NCBI GenBank assembly: GCA_964244895.1
Contig: CAXTKV010000065.1
Span: 7,955-23,138 of the forward strand
Source of the DNA: an uncultured Deinococcales bacterium
GTDB taxonomy: Bacteria > Deinococcota > Deinococci > Deinococcales > JAAFIG01
Length of the DNA: 15,184 nt
Direction of reading: 5' to 3'
Shown: piece after piece, positions 9,592-15,184 of the stretch
Layout of the letters: every line of letters starts with the position of its first letter
How positions within the stretch are numbered: position 1 is the stretch's first letter
Notes under the pieces: generated by a model
What the model was told of the DNA's origin: nothing
Seen by the model: only the letters and a program-made list of their open reading frames with translations
The model's database searches: none
Position numbers and translations under genes: made by a program

Positions 9592-9672
9592 TCAGGGACA
9601 GCAACAACACACCACGCGAGCATCGGCTCGAGCGGCGCGGTCGGTGTTCACATGAAGGTCGCGTCGTGTCAT
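9592..9672 (-). CDS. Putative poly-Cys leader peptide of cysS, MTRRDLHVNTDRAARADARVVCCCCP
   Basis: Hand translation: ATG(9672)...GTG GTG TGT TGT TGC TGT CCC TGA(9592); 86 nt upstream of cysS; TATACT 8 nt before the ATG. Confidence 0.75.
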   Translation of the reverse strand: MTRRDLHVNTDRAARADARVVCCCCP

Positions 9673-9680
9673 TTGAGACG

Positions 9681-9686
9681 AGTATA
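9681..9686 (-). promoter_or_regulatory. -10 element for the leader peptide/cysS transcript
   Basis: TATACT-N8-ATG(9672) on the minus strand; no SD. Confidence 0.6.
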
Positions 9687-9732
9687 CACAAGCCGATTTG
9701 TGGGACGGGTCGCCTGGGGTACGGGAGCCAAG

Positions 9733-9785
9733 GAACACCGTCCTGGACGCTTCTCGAGAAGGCTGTCACCGACGGTATTCTCGAG
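9733..9785. repeat. Palindromic repeat, copy 7 (degenerate)
   Basis: GAACACCGTCCTGGACGC-TTCTCGAGAA-GGCTGTCACC-GACGGTATTCTCGAG. Confidence 0.75.
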
Positions 9786-9839
9786 CGGCACACATCGGTG
9801 TGTGGGTGCTGTCGGCGGGAAACGCGCAGCTTCTCGAGA

Positions 9840-10400
9840 TCAACGTTTTGTGACCCTGCCCAGCACGATCAACGCGCGGCGAAGGTCATCCATCGTGAAT
9901 CTCGAGGCCAACTTGCGACCTTCGGCCATCAAGGTCTGCGACCATTCGGCTTTGGCCTCGTCGGACATGGGCGGCAGGTCGCCGCGTTGGGCGCGGAAGT
10001 ACCGTTCCGCCAGGTGACCCAGCGTGTACGTGTTGGCGTACATCAGCGGTGCGTTCAGCAATCCGCCCAGCACGGGCATGGCGATCTTCAGGATGCCGCG
10101 CGTGACCTGCCGGGCAGCCCAGGCGTAGGCAAGCGTCCCGCCGAGTTCCAGCACGACCTGACGGGCGCGCTCGGTGCTCATGCTGAACCCGTGAACAGCG
10201 CCGATGTCCAGCACCAGCTTGACCTGCAACGGCACGATGGCCACCAAGTCCACCCACGGCAGGGGTTCGGCTGAAATCGCGGCGGTCAACAAGGCCGCGC
10301 TCTGCGTCAGTTGCGCGCTCCGTTCGCGCTCGAGATCGCCCGTGGGCGTCTCGATGGTCGTCAAATCCGGGGCGTTGTAGACCTGCAACTCGAGGCTCAC
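9840..10400 (-). CDS. DUF697/YcjF-like protein
   Basis: 186 aa; EPLPWVDLVAIVPLQVKLVLDIGAVHG and ANTYTLGHLAERYF segments typical of DUF697. Confidence 0.75.
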   Translation of the reverse strand: MSLELQVYNAPDLTTIETPTGDLERERSAQLTQSAALLTAAISAEPLPWVDLVAIVPLQVKLVLDIGAVHGFSMSTERARQVVLELGGTLAYAWAARQVTRGILKIAMPVLGGLLNAPLMYANTYTLGHLAERYFRAQRGDLPPMSDEAKAEWSQTLMAEGRKLASRFTMDDLRRALIVLGRVTKR

Positions 10401-10406
10401 GGGTGC

Positions 10407-10412
10407 AGTCTA
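10407..10412 (-). promoter_or_regulatory. -10 element, leaderless promoter
   Basis: TAGACT-N6-GTG(10400) on the minus strand. Confidence 0.65.
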
Positions 10413-10512
10413 GGGGCAGGTGAGGCCCGCAATGGTGAGCGGTTCAATGGTGTGCGGTTCATGGGCTGGAATACGAGATCTCGAGCCGGATGGTTCCGGG
10501 AGGTTGTGTTTG

Positions 10513-10564
10513 CTCGAGAACGCCGTCCAGGACACTGTTCAGGGATCGCGCGCTGAGCGGTTTC
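10513..10564. repeat. Palindromic repeat, copy 8 (degenerate)
   Basis: CTCGAGAACGCCGTCCAGGACAC left arm; decayed right arm GCGCGCTGAGCGGTTTC. Confidence 0.6.
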
Positions 10565-10598
10565 ATCTGATGAATGGTCTGGCATCAGATGAAACCGC
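10557..10598. repeat. Perfect 16-bp inverted repeat overlapping the Nudix 3' end
   Basis: GCGGTTTCATCTGATG-N10-CATCAGATGAAACCGC. Confidence 0.9.
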
Positions 10599-11030
10599 GT
10601 CCAGCACCATCTGGCGGTCGTTCAAGCGAATCTGCGGCAATTCGTCGGGCGCGAAGAACCGAATCTCGAGCGCTTCACCGTCCAGCGCCGCGACCTGCCC
10701 CAGGACTCGAGCCTCGAAGACGACGCTGACGAATTCCGCCTGATCGCCGTTCGGGTACGTCCAGCGCATGTGATCCGGGTTGGAGTACACGCCCAGCAAA
10801 CCCGTCACTTCGACCTCGTACCCGGATTCTTCCAGGCACTCGCGCTTGGCGGCCTCGAGCGCGCCCTCGCCCGGCGACATCCAGCCGCCCACGATGCCCC
10901 ACGTGCCGTCATCGCGCCGCCTGACCAGCATGATCCGATCCCGGTCGTCCCTGGCGATGATGCCCGCCGCCGGAGCCTTGATCAGCGCGTGCCCGAGCTT
11001 CGAGCGCAGAAACCGCAAGTACGCATCCAT
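10563..11030 (-). CDS. Nudix hydrolase
   Basis: 155 aa; Nudix box GWMSPGEGALEAAKRECLEESGY; YPNGDQ; GAGAAT-N6-ATG upstream. Confidence 0.95.
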   Translation of the reverse strand: MDAYLRFLRSKLGHALIKAPAAGIIARDDRDRIMLVRRRDDGTWGIVGGWMSPGEGALEAAKRECLEESGYEVEVTGLLGVYSNPDHMRWTYPNGDQAEFVSVVFEARVLGQVAALDGEALEIRFFAPDELPQIRLNDRQMVLDAVSSDARPFIR

Positions 11031-11072
11031 GCCGTCATTCTCGCGCCCTCGCGCCCCATTCTCAAGTTCAGG

Positions 11073-11104
11073 CTCGAGAACCCCGCCCAGGACGGTATCT
11101 CGAG
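11073..11104. repeat. Palindromic repeat, copy 9 (internally collapsed)
   Basis: CTCGAGAACCCCGCCCAGGACGGTATCTCGAG: both outer ends retained, CTCGAG on each side. Confidence 0.55.
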
Positions 11105-11221
11105 CCTTGTCCTCCTCTGCTTCGTTGAGGGAGGGGTCGGTCTACAGCCACTCCTCCGTAGTGATCATCACAACATCGGTGATTCTCTATCCAGCTCGCC
11201 TGTACGTAGTCGAGGGATGAA

Positions 11222-11267
11222 GAACACCGTCCAGCACGCATATTTGTGGACGCATGCTGGACGGTGT
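11222..11267. repeat. Palindromic repeat, copy 10
   Basis: GAACACCGTCCAGCACGC...GCATGCTGGACGGTGT, 9 nt downstream of the peptidase stop. Confidence 0.95.
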
Positions 11268-11276
11268 ATCTGCGCT

Positions 11277-14200
11277 TTAGATCGCGGCGACCTCGAACAC
11301 GTCGTTCATTTCCGTGTTCGCCTGCGCGATCTTCTCGTCGTTGCTGATGACGGCCATCGCACCATTTTGCGTCAGGTACGTCTCGGCGACGCGGCGCAGA
11401 TCGTCCGCCGTGACCTGCAACAACCGCTTCTTGAACGCGATGCGTTTGTCCAGCGTGAATCCGGCGGCGTCGTTGAAGAACCGGCTTCGGCCCTTACTGT
11501 CGGGTGAACTCAAGGGGTCAACGTCGCCGCAGGCGCTCAGTACGGCTTCCTTGACGGCCTCGGCGTCTATCGGGTTTTCGGTCACGAATTGCGCGGCGTC
11601 CCTGAACACGCCGAAGGTGCGCACGATGTGCGGGTCGCGGTAGGAAATCATGGCGAAGCTTCCGTTCTCGCGGTCGGTGGTGGCGAACCCGCCGTAAGCG
11701 CCGCCTTTCTCGCGGACTTCGGGGTGCGTGTAGCGCGATCGGATGTATTCGGCCAGCGCCATCAGCACGGGCGCGTCCGGGTGCGTGTAGGGCACGGTCG
11801 GGACGACCAGCGCGTCGTAGGCGACGGGCACGGCGGTCGTGCGGGCGCGGGCGCGCAACGACAGGGATTCGCCGGTGCTGCCCGCGATCTGCGCCGTGCC
11901 GGACGGCAGTTTCTCGAGGAGCGCGACCAGTTCGGACTTTAGCTTCTCGAGCACGGATGCCTCAGCCGTCAGGCAGGCGCGTAGGTTCGCGTTGCGGAAT
12001 AACGCGTCCCGAATGGCCTCGAGATCGTTGATCAGGTCATCCAGCCCGTCGTCCTCGAGCGCCGCGAGCTTCTTGGCGACCCCAACTTGCGTGACGCCCT
12101 CGAGCCGTTCCCTGAGCGCGCCCGCCGCCGAAAGTTGCGCCTCGGCCAGCTTGCGCGCGAAGACGTGACCCGCGCCGACGACCCTGGATTCCAGGCTGGC
12201 GCGGTACTGCCCGAGCAGGTTCTTGAGGTGCGCGCGCTCAAATTTGAGGTCGGTCATCAGGTCGCTCAGAATCTCGAAGAAAGCCGTCAGGTTGCGCGTC
12301 AATGCTTTGCCGGAAACCGTGAAGTTCTGCGAGAACCGCGTCAGGTCGTCGGGCGATCCGCGCAATCCCGCGCCCATGCCGATGCCGCCCGTGTTCGCCT
12401 CGATTCTGGACGCCATCTCGAGGTACGTGCTCCGGCCCGCGCCCATCTTCGGCGCGAGGTACGCGAACACGGGCAGCAAGTCCTTCAGGCGTTCCGGTAG
12501 CTCGGAGAAATCGACTTGAAGATCGGCGTAGACCAGTCCGTTGGTGGGTTGCGGGAACAATCCGAGACGCGCGCCGGTCGTTCCCGGCGCGGCGTGAGAC
12601 CCGGTCGTTCCCGGCGCGGTCTGAGATGCTGCGCTGTGGATGGTTTCGAGGGTGTGCGGCACGTCCTCGAAGTTCATCGGTACGTCGGTCAATTCCAGCG
12701 TCGGCAGCACCGAAAGATCCTGCGGCGTGTCCTGAAGGGTGCGCAGCGTCCGGGCTTCCTCAAGGATCCTCGAGACTTCCGCTGGCGTGAGCTGAGCCTT
12801 GATCTTGGCCAGATGCTCGATCTCGGCGGCCTCGGCGCGTTCGGTCATGTTCTGGTCGGGGCGCAGTACGATCCGGGCGCGGTGCGGGTTGTTCAGGAGG
12901 TACTTCTCGATCAAGCCCTCGAAGTACCGTCCCGCCGCGCGCGCCTCTGCCAGCCGTTCCAGGTCATCCTCGAGTTGCAATGCCTTGTACGGATCGCCGC
13001 CGTGCTGGTACGCGCCCTCCAGCGTGAACGCGACCTTGAGGGCGTAGGGTTGGCCCGCGTTGCTGACCTCGCGCGAATCGATCTCGAGCTGGTGGACGGC
13101 GGCATCCACCATGTCGGCGGGAACGCCGTCCCTGGCCAGGGTTTTGAGCGTCTCCAGGATCAGCGTTTCGACCCGCTCGACGTTCTCGGGGCGCACGCCC
13201 TTCAAGCCCGCCGCGAAGACCATCTCGCGGTAGCTGGGCACCAGACCGTTGATGTCGGCCAGCGCGGAACCCAGTCCCGATTCGACCAGCGCCTTGCGCA
13301 ACGGTGACGCGGCGTTGGCCAGCACCACGCTCGAGAGTACGTCCAGCGCGAGCTTCTCCAGGCCATCCCCGACGAAGGCCGTCTTCCAGGCGATCACCAC
13401 CTGCGTCTGCGCGTCCAGCGATTCCGTCCTGGCCAGCGGGTACGGAATCTCGATGGTCACGGGCGCGCTGAAATTCGGCTGGTTCGGAATGCGCGTGTCG
13501 ATCTCGATGCGCTCGAAGCGCGACATGACGTGCGCTTCGATGGCTGCCAGGGTCGGTTCCAGGGGCAGGTTGCCGTAAGTGTAAAAGTACGCGTTCGACG
13601 GGTGGTAGTGCCGCGCGTGAAAGGCCCGAAGCTCCTCGTGCGTCAGGTCGGGAATGTTCAACGGATCGCCGCCCGAATTCCAGCGGTACGTCAGATCGGG
13701 GAACAGCGCCGCCCCCAATCCGCGGTAGTACAGCACGTACATCGGCGTGGCCATGCCGCCCTTCATCTCGTTGAAGACGACCCCCTTGTACTTGAGGGGC
13801 GTATCCGGGTTCTCGCCGTCCTCGAACTCGAAGCGCCAGCCTTCCTGGAGGAAGGTTTCACGGGTGATGCGCGGAAAAAACGTCGCGTCCAGGTACACGC
13901 CCAGCAAGTTGAAGTAATCCTTCTGGTTGCGCGTGCTGAACGGGTAGGACGTGCTGTCCTGCCCGGTCATGGCGTTCATGAAGGTGCTCAGGCTTCGCGG
14001 AATCATCGAGAAGAACGGGTCGCGCACCGGGTATTTTTCTGACCCGGCCAGCACGACGTGCTCTAAGATGTGCGCCACACCGGTCGAATCCTGCGGCACC
14101 GTCGGGAACATCACGTTGAACGCGTTGTTCTCGTCGGCGCAGGCGATGTGAATGTGGCGGCTGCCCAGGCGTTCGTGCAGCAATTCCACGTACTGCCCCT

Positions 14201-14282
14201 GCAAGTTCTCCATGGGCAGGACGCGCTCGATGCGGTAATCACCGATTTTTGTTCCCTCTGTGTAGATCGTGCTGTTGTTCAT
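11277..14282 (-). CDS. M16C (insulinase family, PreP/Cym1-like) zinc metallopeptidase
   Basis: About 1000 aa; HILEH inverted zincin motif, GSEKYPVRDPFF, FMNAMT, KGVVFNEMKG, VREKGGAYGG, SYRDP; start 14282 preferred, 14312 possible. Confidence 0.95.
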   Translation of the reverse strand: MNNSTIYTEGTKIGDYRIERVLPMENLQGQYVELLHERLGSRHIHIACADENNAFNVMFPTVPQDSTGVAHILEHVVLAGSEKYPVRDPFFSMIPRSLSTFMNAMTGQDSTSYPFSTRNQKDYFNLLGVYLDATFFPRITRETFLQEGWRFEFEDGENPDTPLKYKGVVFNEMKGGMATPMYVLYYRGLGAALFPDLTYRWNSGGDPLNIPDLTHEELRAFHARHYHPSNAYFYTYGNLPLEPTLAAIEAHVMSRFERIEIDTRIPNQPNFSAPVTIEIPYPLARTESLDAQTQVVIAWKTAFVGDGLEKLALDVLSSVVLANAASPLRKALVESGLGSALADINGLVPSYREMVFAAGLKGVRPENVERVETLILETLKTLARDGVPADMVDAAVHQLEIDSREVSNAGQPYALKVAFTLEGAYQHGGDPYKALQLEDDLERLAEARAAGRYFEGLIEKYLLNNPHRARIVLRPDQNMTERAEAAEIEHLAKIKAQLTPAEVSRILEEARTLRTLQDTPQDLSVLPTLELTDVPMNFEDVPHTLETIHSAASQTAPGTTGSHAAPGTTGARLGLFPQPTNGLVYADLQVDFSELPERLKDLLPVFAYLAPKMGAGRSTYLEMASRIEANTGGIGMGAGLRGSPDDLTRFSQNFTVSGKALTRNLTAFFEILSDLMTDLKFERAHLKNLLGQYRASLESRVVGAGHVFARKLAEAQLSAAGALRERLEGVTQVGVAKKLAALEDDGLDDLINDLEAIRDALFRNANLRACLTAEASVLEKLKSELVALLEKLPSGTAQIAGSTGESLSLRARARTTAVPVAYDALVVPTVPYTHPDAPVLMALAEYIRSRYTHPEVREKGGAYGGFATTDRENGSFAMISYRDPHIVRTFGVFRDAAQFVTENPIDAEAVKEAVLSACGDVDPLSSPDSKGRSRFFNDAAGFTLDKRIAFKKRLLQVTADDLRRVAETYLTQNGAMAVISNDEKIAQANTEMNDVFEVAAI
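12574..12627. repeat. In-frame 27-bp tandem duplication within the M16C gene
   Basis: CCGGTCGTTCCCGGCGCGGCGTGAGAC / CCGGTCGTTCCCGGCGCGGTCTGAGAT (24/27 identical); encodes SQTAPGTTG-SHAAPGTTG. Confidence 0.9.
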
Positions 14283-14498
14283 GCCCGTTCGTACCACGTG
14301 TACCTGTGGCATTCAATGAACCAACGAACGCTGCTGCATACGCGCTTTGGCTTACGGGTAGCGCAAAACCGCGTCAGCGACGGCATATCTGACTTGAGCA
14401 GATGCGCGAAATCGGTGCGTCTCGAGAAGGTGGCCTCGAGAAATGGAGAAGCCCAGGCCATCCATCGCACGCACGATTTCTGATGCCCGATCAAACAA

Positions 14499-14546
14499 GA
14501 ACACCGTCCAGCACGCATTTCGCAATTTGCGTCGGGGACGGTGTTC
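14499..14546. repeat. Palindromic repeat, copy 11
   Basis: GAACACCGTCCAGCACGCA-N10-TGCGTCGGGGACGGTGTTC. Confidence 0.9.
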
Positions 14547-14653
14547 CCCAGTCCTGAACCCTTCGAGCGGTCAGGTTCTTTCGAGGGTGAGCGCGTCGTA
14601 CATTGCACGCGCGGGCGCGACGTTCGCCCTGCAAGCCGAACGACGCCCGAGCG

Positions 14654-15184
14654 TCAGCCCGAGTGCGTCATGTCCATCGGCACGACCCACTTCGTAAATT
14701 CTTCGTCGGTCACGAAACCCAGCGCCAGCGCGGCCTCGCGCAAGGTCGTGCCGTCGTGGTGGGCTTTCTTGGCGATCTTGGCGGCCTTGTCGTAACCGAT
14801 GTGGCGGTTCAAGGCGGTGACCTGCATCAAATTCTTGCCCAGGTTCTCTGCGATGCGCGCCACGTTCGGCTCGAGCCCGACGGCGCAGTTGTCGTTGAAG
14901 GACATGCAGGCGTCACCGATCAGGGAAATGCTTTCCAGGACGTTGTGCACCATCACCGGTTTGTAGACGTTCAACTGAAAGTTCCCCTGACTGCCCGCGA
15001 AGGCGACCGCCGCGTCGTTGCCGAACACCTGCACGGCCACCATGGTGAGCGCCTCCGATTGCGTCGGGTTGACCTTGCCCGGCATGATCGAGGAACCGGG
15101 TTCGTTCTCTGGAATCGTGATTTCACCGATGCCGTTGCGCGGCCCGGACGCCAGCCAGCGCACGTCGTTGGACACCTTCATCAG
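14654..15184 (-). CDS. fumC: Class II fumarate hydratase, 3' part (5' end outside the window)
   Basis: Signature [47 protein letters not shown]. Confidence 0.95.
   Translation of the reverse strand: MMKVSNDVRWLASGPRNGIGEITIPENEPGSSIMPGKVNPTQSEALTMVAVQVFGNDAAVAFAGSQGNFQLNVYKPVMVHNVLESISLIGDACMSFNDNCAVGLEPNVARIAENLGKNLMQVTALNRHIGYDKAAKIAKKAHHDGTTLREAALALGFVTDEEFTKWVVPMDMTHSG

Noticed and set aside
9506..9839. T-box riboswitch upstream of cysS
   Set aside because: No T-box motif (GGTGGNACC) found on the minus strand; the poly-Cys uORF explains the leader better
11111..11134. CCTCCTC...GAGGGAGG hairpin as a terminator
   Set aside because: Imperfect stem and no U-tract on either strand
14316..14483. 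Small + strand ORF MNQRTLLHTRFGLRV... between M16C and fumC
   Set aside because: No SD or -10 at the expected spacing, opposite to the flanking genes, no convincing family motif
14552..14619. Imperfect hairpins downstream of fumC
   Set aside because: Short bulged stems in GC-rich sequence without a U-tract; not distinguishable from chance

Overview
GC-rich bacterial chromosomal window, most likely Deinococcota (inferred from repeated TANNNT-N6-start leaderless promoters and gene content). The + strand carries a P-loop kinase, a DJ-1/PfpI protein, a SIS-domain protein, an HtrA-like protease, a hypothetical protein, an aldo/keto reductase, a DinB-family protein and a 671-aa secreted unknown. 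The - strand carries cysS, a DUF697/YcjF-like protein, a Nudix hydrolase, an M16C peptidase and the 3' end of fumC. Three non-obvious layers stand out. (1) A 26-codon ORF ending in four consecutive Cys codons lies directly upstream of cysS and is a candidate cysteine-sensing attenuator; it is absent from the ORF track. (2) A palindromic repeat (consensus GAACACCGTCCAGCACGCA-N~10-TGCGTGCTGGACGGTGTTC) occupies almost every intergenic gap and shows compensatory substitutions. (3) CTCGAG is extremely over-represented (about 75 copies by manual count), in a HIP1-like way, and often borders that repeat.
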